This document shows, piece by piece, positions 23,605 to 35,389 of a stretch of DNA of 64,000 nt. The stretch is from NCBI RefSeq assembly GCF_963921235.1, contig NC_086097.1, positions 139,812,001 to 139,876,000 of the forward strand, in the 5' to 3' direction. This stretch comes from Mobula hypostoma (Eukaryota). The notes under the pieces are model-generated. The model saw only the letters and a program-made list of their open reading frames with translations. It was not told the DNA's origin and ran no database searches. Positions within the stretch are counted from its first letter, which is position 1. Each line of letters opens with the position of its first letter. The translations under genes were made by a program, and so were the position numbers.

Positions 23605-24950
23605 GTGTGAGCAACATTCAAAATGTTGGAAGAACTCAACAGCACAGGCAGCATCTATGGAGGGAAATGGACAGTCAGTATTTTGGGTCATCCAGACCCT
23701 TCATCTGGCATTGAAAGAGAGAACAAGGTAGTCAGTACAAAATGGTGAGGGGAAGGGGTTGGGATAGAGCTGGTAGGTGATAAGTGGATCCAGATGAGAA
23801 GGGCATGATAGGCAGAAGTTGGAGGGGAGAGTGGGAATGATATTAGAAGCTGGGAGGTGATAGGTGGAAGTGCAAAGGGCCGAAGAAGATGGAAATAAAT
23901 GGGCTGTGGAATAAAGGGAAGAAGGATGGAAATTGGAGGGAGGAACATGTGGCTGATGGGTAGATGGAGAGGGCAGTGGAGAGGAAAGATAAATGGGGAT
24001 GGAGCCTGTGGGATAAGGAAAAACAAAGGGAGTGAGGGAACAGAGGGCAGTTGTTATTGGAAGCTGGAGAAGTCAAAGCTGATACTGTCAGGTTGGAGAG
24101 CATCAAGATGGAGCATGAGGTGTTGTTCCTCTAGTTTGTGTTAGCTTCAATTTGGCTCTAGAGGATGTCATGAACTGACATACCAGTGTAGAAATGGGAA
24201 TTAAAATAGTAGCCACCTGGCAAATCTGGCTGGTACAGTGGATGGAGTGAAGGCGCTCAAAGGAGTGGTTCCCAAATCTGCGTGGGTCTCACCAGTATAG
24301 GGCAGGCCACACCAGAAACACTGAATACAATAAGTGACCCCAGTGGATTCACACATGAAGAACTCCCTCATCTGGAAGGACTGTCTGGAGCTCTGAATGG
24401 TGGTGAGGGAGGGAGGTGTAGGGACAGGTGCAGCACTATGCGTTTGTAGAGTTAAGAGCCTGGAGGAGGAACCAGCAGACAAGGGGGTTTCAGGGAAAAC
24501 AATCCCTGCAGAGGGCAGAGAGGGGACGGGGAAAATATGCCTGGTGTCAGGATTCCTTTGGAGATGATAGAAGTTAGGGAGAATATGTTGGATTCAGAGG
24601 CTCGTGGGGTGGTAGATGAGGACACGGGGAAATCTATCCCTTTTGTGGTTGAGGGACAGACCTTCGCGAAACAGAAGAAATACAAGTGAGGGGTCATCAG
24701 TTGCGAGAAACCCTGTTTTCTGGTAAGAATGAGAGGACATCTCGGATGTTTTGGAGTCGGAAGCCTCATCAGGAGAACAGATGCAGAGAAAACAGAGGAA
24801 CTGAGAAAAAAAAAGAGTTCTTGCAGTTGACGGGGTGAGAAGACGTGTGCCCGATGTGTAGTGAGCCAGTGGGTGTGTAGTAAATGTTGGTGGATAATAT
24901 CTCTGCTGTGGTAGAGTCAGAGGTTAAGCAAGAGAGAGGTGAGTAACCAT
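23605..24950 (-). mobile_element. Penelope-like element 3' part (GIY-YIG endonuclease), degraded
   Basis: Minus ORF 24201-24482 contains QSFQMREFFMCESTGVTYCIQCFWCGLPYTGET. Confidence 0.85.
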
Positions 24951-25136
24951 TTTGTCTAGAAATATAACTACAAGCTACTCAGTGAGGGGGCGAACAACTA
25001 AACATTTGTGATTCTGAAGAGGGCCCCGGGTGTGGATGGACAACGTGCGACTTGCATCAATTAACCTCAGCCGATGCTTGGCAGCGCCGCTCTCAGATTC
25101 AGTTAGTTTGCTCTTTGCTCGCAATGAGAGGCAGCC

Positions 25137-25492
25137 TAATGACAGGCAGCTGAGAGCACACTCAAAGGAGCAGAATCCAATTTGGCTGGGCTGATGTGAT
25201 TAGTGGAGGTTGGGGGGGGGGGGTGGGCAGGGGTGGCGAGGCGGCTGACTGACAGTGCAACCATAAACTGTCAGCGGCAGCCGGCATCCTGCCCAAGCGC
25301 CGACTGATTGCTGCTTCGTGGTGACAGTCTTCGCTGAGGAACGAACTCCTGATTGAAAGAGTGTGAAGTTCAGAGATCCAGCAGCTCGCAGTCACTTGAT
25401 GAGTGTCACACTCTCCCACAGGTGTCCCCGAGACTCACATACCGCTTCTCGCTCCCCTGCTAAAAAATAGCACATTTTCACCGTTGATTAAT
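25137..25492. promoter_or_regulatory. Candidate TALE/HOX enhancer
   Basis: Unique sequence with TGACTGACAG (25246-25255), CCATAAA, several TGACAG/CTGTCA and TGATTAAT (25485-25492). Motif-based only. Confidence 0.45.
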
Positions 25493-25925
25493 TTGATGCA
25501 TTACTGGGCACTCGGGTCGTTGATGATGTCTGCTCTCAACACGAGCGGTAACAGAAGCCCTGCTCAGTTCCCTTTTCCAACCACTTAGCTTAAATCTTCC
25601 AAAACTGTCTTTGCCTCACTCAAACCTCTATGGTCATGTCCCTGTAATGACGGAATATTCTTTTCTGTCCCCACCACCCCGGAGCCCGTGACGTGCACAC
25701 ACTCTTCCCCTCTCCCTTTCTGATGAGACGTTGGCCCTTCCCCTCTCCGCAGGCGCTGCTGTTTATTTTTCATTGTTATTTGCAACATCCGCTAGATTTT
25801 GCTGTTGAATTTCTTCTGTTTGGACCTTCTCGCGGAGTTCTTAGCGGTCCCTCCTCTAGCCCCCATCTCCCAATCCCTCTACTAGGACCTGATTCCTGGA
25901 GTCACCCAGTTGGATCATTTCGGGT

Positions 25926-27460
25926 GTAAGTTGGGGAGGGGGAGGAGTGAGAGGTCGGATAAGCAGGGATGTCAGCTGGGGCAGACTCGGGGTTAGAGCA
26001 GTTGGGTTGAGTTCGAGGAAAGCTGGGGGCGGGGCTGGATGATGTAGGGGTGTGAGTTGGAGCACGGGTGAGTGATTGGATCAGATGCCATGTCAGTTAG
26101 GGGAGAGTTGGGAGTTGGATGAGGTGGGGTGTGAGTTGTGGAGAGTTAGGGGATTGGATGATGTGAAGTACGAGTTGGAGAGACTTGGGGTGGATCAGTT
26201 GGTGTGTAAGTTGGGGGGTTGGATGAGGTGGGATGTGAGTTCGAGGTTGGATGATGTGAGGTGCCAGTTGGGGAGAGTTGGGATGGACGATGTGGAGTAT
26301 GAGTTGGAGAGAGTTGGGGTGGATCAGTTGGTGTGTGAGTTGGGGGTTGGATGAGGTGAGCTGTGAGTTGGGGTTTGGATAAGATGGGGTGTGAGTTAGG
26401 GGGTTGGATGAGGTAGGGTGTGAGTTGTGGAGAGTTGGGATGGACGATGTGGAGTATGAGTTGGAGAGAGTTGGGGTTGATCAGTTGGTGTGTGAGTTGG
26501 GGGGTTGGATGAGGTGGGGTGTGAATTGGGGGGTTGGATGAGGTGGGGTGTGAGTTGGGGGTTGGATGAGGTGGGGAGTGAGTTGTGGGGTTGGATGAGG
26601 TGGGGTGTGAGTTGGGGGGTTGGATGAGGTGGGGTGTGAGTTGGGGGGTTGGATGATGTGAGGTGCCAGTAGGGGAGAGTTGGGATGGACGATGTGGAGT
26701 ATGAATTGGAGAGAGTTGGGGTGGATCAGTTGGTGTGTGAGTTGGGAGTTGGATGAACTGGGATGTGAGTTGGGGTGGACGATGTGGAATATGAGTTGGA
26801 GAGAGTTGGGGGTTGGATGAGGTGGGGTGTGAGTTGGGGGGTTGGATGAGGTGAGGTGTGAGTTGGGGGGTTGGATGAGGTGGGTTGTGAGTTGGGGGGT
26901 TGGATGAGGTGGGGTGTGAGTTGGGGGGTTGGATGAGGTGAGGTGTGAGTTGGGGGGTTGGATGAGGTGGGTTGTGAGTTGGGGGGTTGGATGAGGTGGG
27001 GTGTGAGTTGGGGGTTGGATGAGGTGGGGTGTGAGTTGGAGGTTGGATGATGTGAGGTGCCAGTAGGGGAGGGTTGGATGAGGTGGGGTGTGAGTTGGGG
27101 GGTTGGATGAGGTGGGGTGTGAGTTGGAGGTTGGATGATGTGAGGTGCCAGTAGGGGAGGGTTGGGATGGACGATGTGGAGTATGAGTTGGAGAGAGTTG
27201 GGGTGGATCAGTTGGTGTGTGAGTTGGGAGTTGGATGAGCTGGGATGTGAGTTGGGGAGAGTTGGGGTGGACGATTTGGACTATGAATTGGAGGAGTGTT
27301 GGGAGTTGGATGATGTGAGGTGCGAATTGGGGAGAGTTGGGATGGACGATGTGGAGTATGAGTTGGAGAGAGTTGGGGGTTGGATGAGGTGGGGTGTGAG
27401 TTGGCGGAGAGATGGGGTTCGGGTGATATGCGGTGTGAGCTGAGGCGGGAGTGAGGTGAG
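25926..27460. repeat. G-rich minisatellite, ~29-bp core with longer variant units
   Basis: Unit GAGTTGGGGGGTTGGATGAGGTGGGGTGT interspersed with GGACGATGTGGAGTATGAGTTGGAGAGAGTTGGGG blocks. Confidence 0.95.
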
Positions 27461-27984
27461 TATTGGATCAGGTAAGAAGAACAGGCTTTTTTTCCTCGAG
27501 ATCATTGAAGATCCTGGTGGAATTTTATGACAACTTAGGTGTTCTCTGGTCCCCGGATTTAATTGTTTCATTGAGTTCTTGGCTTTACGTGAAAATTCAC
27601 ACGACAGCGTGAGAATCAGTTCCTGGGCTTCTCCTCAGGTCCTCCACAGCACCTGGTCTCATCTCAGCCCATTTGCTACATAAAAGGTCCCTTCGTACTG
27701 AAACGAATATCCCAGGATATTCTGCTCAATGCCCTGCAAACCCCGCCCCCACCCCCGAACGTAAATTCCCCCAAAGGGCGGGCTCTCAGTGGTTTATACT
27801 ATTCTTGTCTGACGATACTGTATCTCACAACCATCCACAACATGTCTAACTCTCAGTCGCTCCAATTTACACAATTAGTTACATTGAGATGCCCGGCCAT
27901 ACTTTCTGGTGTAAACGTGACGGTACAGCTCCAGTCGCCGTCACGCAGACAACCTGTATCTGAACTGGCCAAGTTAGCTACATT

Positions 27985-28560
27985 TGAACACACGAATCAG
28001 GAGCAGGATAATGCCACTCGATCCCTCTGGATCACCGATGATATCTTCGTAATCTCAGCTCCACAATCCTACCTGTGCCCAGTAACCTTTCACCCCTCTA
28101 GAATCTGTCTATCATTGGCTTGAAATGCTTCCACTTCCACAACTTTTGAAGAAGAAAGTTTTGAAAATTCCTGACTCTGCAAATAGAAATGTGACGTTAT
28201 TTGTCTTAAATGGGCAACTTCTTTTTTGAACAGTGACCCCTAGTTCTCGATTCTTCCAACTTTTCTCCACATTTACCCCATCAAAAAACCACCGGATTCT
28301 TATAGGTTTCAAATAAACCAGCTTTCACTCTTCGAAACTCCTGCAGATACAAACACAATCTGTCTAACCTTCCCCCCCCCCAAAAAAAAAACGACGGGCC
28401 ATTCCAGATGTTAGTCCAGCGAGCCCTGTCGGAATTGCTTACAATGCTCTGATTTTCTTCCGTAAACAAGGAAACCAACAGTATGCACAATGTTCCAGAT
28501 GTTGTCTCACTACTGCCTGGTATAGACCATAAGATAAAGCAGAATTAGGCCATTTGTCCC
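27985..28560 (-). mobile_element. CR1 LINE 3' fragment, degraded
   Basis: Minus ORFs include YQAVVRQHLEHCAYCWFPCLRK and LYLQEFRRVKAGLFETYK. Confidence 0.7.
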
Positions 28561-31154
28561 ACTGATTACAAACTGCATTTGTATGCAGTTCCGCTAGCAA
28601 CGTTCTGACAACGTGTCTCGTGCCCGAGTGTGAATATGAGGAGTTGACGGGTCCAAGAGACGGAAATGATGCATCTGATTGGACAAAAAGACTCTCTTTC
28701 CTCAGTTCAGTGGCCATGGGACAGATCAGGTCGAGAGCCTGAACCTAGAGCCAGGTTCTTCAGGGGAAGGGAACTTGCTCACACAGGGATAGTGGGAATC
28801 TGAAGCTTTGCTTCCCTCAAGGCCCGCACAAAGTTGTGGTGGAGCTGCTGAGAGTAAGATCAATGGATTCTCTTGGGAGGAATGAGGGCCTGGAGAAAGG
28901 ACAGGTCAACGATGACCCGACTGATGGAAGCGTGGCTCGAGTGGTTGGTTAAACCTCTTCCTGTTCCTGTGCTCTGTGTGGATTTTTTAGTACCGCGCCC
29001 AGGCCCGCCTGCATGTTTTCTGTGCGTTCCCAACACAACGAGTCAGTTGCTAAGGAGATATGAAGGAAGACAGCGCACTGATAAATTCTAATCCACCTTC
29101 CTGTGATAAGTTGGGTGAAGATGAGAGAAACCATGGAATGATCTTAAATATTTAATATTTTGTGTCTGTGTTGGCAGTAAACTCTCCTCATATGACTGAA
29201 CTACTAATGGAGTAATAAATATACCATCCAGGTTTCTCTTGGATAAACCATTAAGTACCATTAGTGAATCCTCCAGAAACCTGTCAGATTATTAGTGTTA
29301 ACATAGCCCGCATGGTCCACTCCTTTGTCAGAGCAGAACCTGGGAACGCAGAACGCCGCTCGATGCTTGCTGAAGAACGGCGACAGAATCCGTAATGTTT
29401 TTCTGTCACGGTTCACAAGTCATTTTGTCTCTCATCGGTCCCTCTCCTCAATGATTAAAGAGTAAGTCCCCACATTCCCACTGTTCACGGGAAGTGCTTC
29501 GGGATACTGAGATTGTATCTTTCTCTCCCGGACACTTCTCTGGCTTGCAGGGGCATTCACTGTTCTCACTCCTGAATTCATTGACACAGATCAATCTAGC
29601 CCACTTCCGTCCAACAATGATGGTATAACTGAGTGCTCTCACAGTCCCAATCTGCGTAAATGAAATTCACTGCAGTATCGGTGGGTTCTGATCACGTGAC
29701 ACCTAGGATCAATCCCACGCGAATTTTAGTCAGTCCCAGGGAGACACAGAGAACGCAGGGGCCGGAATCCAGAGGAACAAACCTCCCGCTAGAGGAACTC
29801 AGCGGCTCCAGCAGCATCAGTGGTCGGTGTTTCAGTCCTGATGCAGGAATCGATTTGAAACGTTGACATGCCTCTCTCCCCAAAGATGCTGCTCGACCCG
29901 CTGCGCTCTTGCCGCACATTTTTTGTAGGTCCCATTCTCCGGCGCAGTTGGATAGCTGAAAGTTCCTGACGATTATCTGTCCATCCCCACGTCGTTGCAC
30001 CACTTCCCAGCCCTGTCCCAGGCCAGGGTCAACCCCAGCCTCTCCCCCAACACTACTGAGATAGTTCCAGCTCTCTGGGACTCCCCTTCACCGAGAGACT
30101 ATGCCCAGTTGTAAACCTTGCCCCCAGATCCACAAGTTCGGACTTTAAACTTGTTGCTTTCCTTAGAAAGAAGTGCTGTAGAACCCAACTCCTGAAAAGA
30201 TCCCTCACCATCTCCCCAATAACCAGCACTCGAACACACTTCCACAGTCCCATACCCATCTTGCCCTCCTCCACTAACCCACACCATCTATGGAGTAACC
30301 CACCCTTCTTCCACATAACCTACGCTGAACTGCTCTCCCCCAATTCCACACCATCTCTCCCCCAATTCTACACTATCTCTCCCCTCCGGTGGGGAAGGCG
30401 GGAGGGGGTGGCGGTGCTACAGAGAACGGATTGTCCCAATTCTTCTATCGGGCTGTGCATTCACGGTGAAGACCGGGCTCCCAGTGAATACGTCTCCTGG
30501 CAGTGCCGCAGATCACCGCGAACGCTGTCTCCCTAATACTGCGTGGCTATCCGGGAATACCTAATGCCCGGGGCGGCTGGTGCGGCTGCAGAGACCCCGT
30601 TAAGGGAGGATTTCTACGGACATTGCAGCACATGCTGACAACATCCCAGCTCCTCTCCCCAAAAGTGCGGGTACTGGAAATCCGCATCGCCATCGCTGGA
30701 AACATTCAGCAGGCCAGGCAGTGTCTGCGGAGAGAGGGGTCGCTGATGCTCCAGGCGGAAGACAGTGGTCAGTGGTCTCGGGGGTGCTGGCCTGAGTTCT
30801 GCTTGTTTCTTCGAGAGACGGAGCTGAGGTAGCTGCCCCCGTTGGGTAGGCGCGGGGACCCGGCTTGCTTGCGAGTGTGTGGTGGAAGTTCCGCCCATGA
30901 ATACCAGAGCCCGCAGCCTGTCATTTCCAACACCAAAGGATCCGCACCGTATGGGACTCGTGAGTCGGTAGCATTCCTGGAGGAGAGGTGCGGATAGGTT
31001 GGGGAAGGATTGGAGGGGTAGCTGACTGACAGTAGGAGGGGAAGTTTTGTAAAGTGGCATCCTGAGTGGAGTAACGTGGAGAAGGTTCCCGGCATCAGCA
31101 CTGCGCTCGGTGGGACAGAATCGGCCCTGCACCACACACACTTACATAGTACCC

Positions 31155-31348
31155 TCGATCTCCTCCCTCTCCCTACCGCTCTCTTCCTTTTCTCTTTCCC
31201 CTCTCTCCATTCTCTCTCTCTCTTTCTCCTCTCTCCCCCTTCGCCCGCCCTCTCTCTTCCCTGTCTTTCCTCTACTCTCTCTCGCCTTCCTCTTTCCCTC
31301 ACCCCTCCTCCTCCCTGATTTGAACAACAACCTCCCCCCTTTCCTTTA
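31155..31348. repeat. CT-rich polypyrimidine tract
   Basis: Read directly from the sequence. Confidence 0.9.
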
Positions 31349-31645
31349 AGTTTATCTCTGAACCGAGTTAATTAGTTGCAATTTGCTTCCAAACCATCTG
31401 TACCTTAACTCACTGATAATTTGCCGTATTACATTACTGCAAATTGAATCAGCCGCAGATATCCATCAAGGCCAGATATGTACTGCCGAACAACACATTG
31501 CTTCTCGGACCTGCTTTCTACTCCCGTTGTGGTTCAAACACAGTCGGCAAAGCCTTGCAGTGTTGGCCCGAATGATGATCAAGCCCAATCGCCTTCAATT
31601 CATCTGTGTTCGCCTTTAGTGGTGAACTCACTACGTCCTTACAGA

Positions 31646-31852
31646 GCACCTTGAACCTACGCCCAAGCAATATCAAACGACCAGGGGGATTATCCCCGGA
31701 TGGGGGAGCATTAGGCACCTTGAATCTACGCCCAAGCAATATCAAACGTCCAGGGGGATTATCCCCGGATGGGGGAGCATTATGCACCTTGAACCTACGC
31801 CCAAGCAATATCAAACGTCCAGGGGGATTATTCCGGGATGGGGGAGCACTAG
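31646..31852. repeat. 3 x 69-bp tandem repeat
   Basis: GCACCTTGAA starts at 31646, 31715 and 31784; copies are nearly identical. Confidence 0.95.
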
Positions 31853-34464
31853 GGAAGGGATTCCGAATTCGGGACCTAGGCAGCTGCACCAATGGGAGTC
31901 GGGGCTGATGGAGAGTTCGCATCTGTAGACTGGGGCTGATCCAGTCCGCATCTGGATACCCGGGGCCGACCCGGTTCACGACTGAAAACCGGAATCTGAT
32001 GGAAGGGGTGGGACGTCCAGGGATGGACGGTGGTTTTTATTGTACCAAACGTGTGAAGGTCAGTCAATGTCTTCTCAAACTTAGCTCCTCTTCAGTAACT
32101 CCCAGATTCCTCGCCCTGCATTTTTCCAACAGTGAAATTTCCTTCGCCATCCCCGGAATTCACAAACAGCACCCAGCGTCCCAAGTTCAGGGAAGGCCCA
32201 AATGTCCATCTTCATACATCACCAGCGCTCAGAGAGACACATCGCTCAGTCTAGCTTCCACTGTGGAAGCTGAAGTGAATACGGATCCGCCATGATGAAA
32301 CGGCAGAGCAGACTCGATACTTCTGCTCCTGTATCTGATGGTAACAATGCCCAGGGAAGTCACAGTGCGCAGAGGCCAGTCTCAGTGCCGAGTGTAGTTC
32401 CCAGTCAGGGAATGTCACAATGCCCAGGGAGCAGCCAGCCTCTGTTCACGATCAGGTTTCCATTCGAATCCCCTTTAACGCATTGGTGGGGCATTTCCCA
32501 GGTCCCGCCGGCTCACTGGGCTGTAGTTGCTCTATCAGATCCTGGCACGGCGGGGTGACGGGGTGTTGATGGGAGCAGCTTTTAGGGATTGTTGAGGAGA
32601 TTGGGGAAGCTGAGTGTGGGAGAATGAGAGCCCAGTGGAGAGGAAATCGGGTGTAGGAGGACGAGGTGAGTTATTGGGTGAGCCGAGGATGGGGTGGGGG
32701 TTCGGCTGCTGGAGTTGGGACCTGCTGGACGTGTTAGAGGAGACGCTGGAGGTGCGGGTGTGTTAGAGAGGATTTTATAGGGCTAACCGAAGGATGGAAG
32801 GAAGGAGATAGGATTGGCAGAGAGTGAGAGAGATCTCAGCCATCAGCGATCAGGAAAAGTCTCCAGACCCGGGTCAAACCTGGAACCTAAAGACCAGAGG
32901 AGGCCATTCGGCCTTCCGGATCTGATTGGCTCATTTCAGTCTCTTTAACAACTGGAGTTGATAAAGTAATAGTCCTGTTGTAATCGAATTAGGTTCCGGA
33001 GGCGCGGACTAATTGAACAAGGTTAGAGTTCATCCCACACAGCAGGAGGGTATTTAATAAAGCGGGAGTAATTGATTTTAAAAGAGGTAGTTTCGGACGT
33101 GGTGACCATAATCTACAGAATGTAGGATCCCAGGTTGGCCATTGAACCTCCTCAGGAGCGATCTGCTGTCCTTATCCGGTCAAGCAGGGACCCGACTCTA
33201 TACTCACTAATGATGTGAAACAAAGCCCGTCTCACTCGGTGACCGAGAGTGAGACAGGTCCCGAGTACTGGGGAGCTGTGGTCCAGATATTGGGAAAAAC
33301 GGGTCCTGTTTATTGTGCTCCAAATGTTGAGTGACTTTGGCGATGGAGGGTGAGAGGATCTAGATGTTGGGGCTAGGATCAATCTCAGCAATCCACTGTC
33401 TCGTTCAGGGAGAGGCGTGAGTCAGGCCGCCAGTCCGCGTCTCTTAGGCTCCGGTCTTATCTGGGGCTCGCTAGATCATTCCTGAAGCTGTGTGTAGCGG
33501 CTGGGAACCAGCCCGGCTCTTGTCTGAAGTGTAATGGGGAAACAATGCTCCTGATTATTTTAAAGTTTTCCCCGAGTCACTGGGGAAATGAAGTCACTGG
33601 TTAATCCTCCAGTCTGGCCCCTGCTACCAGCTCCCGGCTCGCCGCTCTGCACTGCGGCAATGTCCGAATCTGCGGACGATTTGCAGCGATATTGTCAGCG
33701 TCACTGTGTACGGAGCGCAGTCTTTGATGTACGTCTCCGGCTACCCTCCGAGGGCCTGGGAGCAAGGACACACCGAACATCGGCCTAGGTTTATGGGCGG
33801 GACCTCTCCAGCTCCTGGACGTGTTGGGGGAGACGGGTTTAAAAGTTTTAACCACTCTCCGGCGTTCCCCACTATCTGCCGGGGACAGGGTGGGAGTTCA
33901 ACGATCGGACATACAATAATCGGAGGGATCACTCTCAAACAGCAGGAAACCCAGTCCCAGAGAAGAAAACACACTCGTCCCGACTATGAGAGATGGTCCA
34001 GAGATCCCAGAAATAAATCAACCAAGTGTTGATGGACTGCCACACTGTGAGAACGGCAGTAGCGAGGGAGCGGCGCACTGTCGGTGTCATATGAGGGAGC
34101 GTTATGCAGTGGGAGGGGCACTACTGTAGGAGTGCTGCGTTGTTTATTATTGAGGGAGCGCCTCGACTTCTGGGAAATGCTGAGGGAGCGATAGTGAGGG
34201 AGCAGAGGGAAGAGAGGGAAGCTAGACGTCTGAGATGACGCCGGCAGCGGGGGGAGGGGGGGCTTTTATCTGGGACTCGGCTCTAACTACAGTGAGGGAT
34301 ATGCTCCACACATCATCCGCCCAGGGATGTTCTGGGATGTTTTCTGGTCTACGAGACAAGTGTGAAATGTGTGGGGAACGCGGCGAAGATCTATCCCAGA
34401 AGAAGATTGACAAACTCTCTTGACTTCCCGGAGCTGCTGCATGTCCAGCGGGAGACTGTCATTA

Positions 34465-35310
34465 AACGTCTTTCCCTCCCCGCCACTCGCCGCTTTCCGC
34501 GGGGGTCGCTCTCTCGGTGACTGCCTTGTCCATTCGTCCCTGCCCATTGATGTCCCACCTGACACTTTTCCCTGCATGCGGAACATGTGCCATACCTGCC
34601 CCTTCACCTCCGATCAGAGCCCCAAACAGTCCTTCCAGGTGAGGCGACACTTCACCCGTGAGTCTGTCCCGGTCATCTACAGTATCCGGTGCTCTCGGCG
34701 CGTCTTCCTCTACACCAGTGAGACCCGACGTAGATTGGTGACCGCTTTGTCGAGCACCTTTGCTCCATCCGCAACAAGTAGGATTTCCCATTGGCCAACG
34801 ATTTTAATTCTACTTCCCATTACCATTCCGACATGTTGATCAATGGCCTCCTCTACTGCCACGGTGAGGTTGGAGGAGGAACATGTTATATTCCGTCTGG
34901 GTAGCCTCCAATCTGACGCATGGACATCGATTTCTCTAACTTCTGGCAATTTCTCCTCCTTCCCCTTCTTTCTTTTTCAATTCTCCATTCTGGCTCTCCC
35001 TCTCACCCCTTCTCTTCTCCTCACTCTGGTGCAGTTCCTCATTTCCTTCCTCCATGCTCCACTCTCCTCTCAGGTCAGATCCTTTTTTCCCTTCAGCCTT
35101 TTACCTTTTCTACCGATCACCCCCCAGCTTCTCACGTCATCACCCACTCCCCCACCTTCCCCTTCATCCGCCAGCTTGTACTCTTCCCCTCTCCCACCTT
35201 CATTCCCCACTCCTTTCCAGCCATGATGAAGGGTCTTGGTCTGAGACACTGTTTACTCCTCTTTATAGATGCTACTTGACCCGTTGAGTTCCTTTAAGTG
35301 TTTTTGTGTT
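34465..35310 (+). mobile_element. Penelope-like element 3' part (GIY-YIG) with terminal repeat
   Basis: ORF 34420-34839 has AFRGGRSLGDCLV...QSFQVRRHFTRESVPVIYSIRCSRRVFLYTSETRRRL; the next ORF has RLEEEHVIFRLGSLQ. Confidence 0.88.
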
Positions 35311-35389
35311 TTACTCTGCTGGATACTTTCTAATTTCCCCAAATTAACTTTGCTCATTCAGGACCTTAACCTGTGGACCTGATCTACCC

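Noticed and set aside
31646..31852. Palindrome-containing repeats as a CRISPR array
   Set aside because: Units are head-to-tail with no unique spacers, the context is vertebrate, and there are no cas genes.
33084..33100. AGGTAGTTTC resembles the miR-196 5' region
   Set aside because: The rest of the mature sequence diverges and no precursor hairpin is visible.
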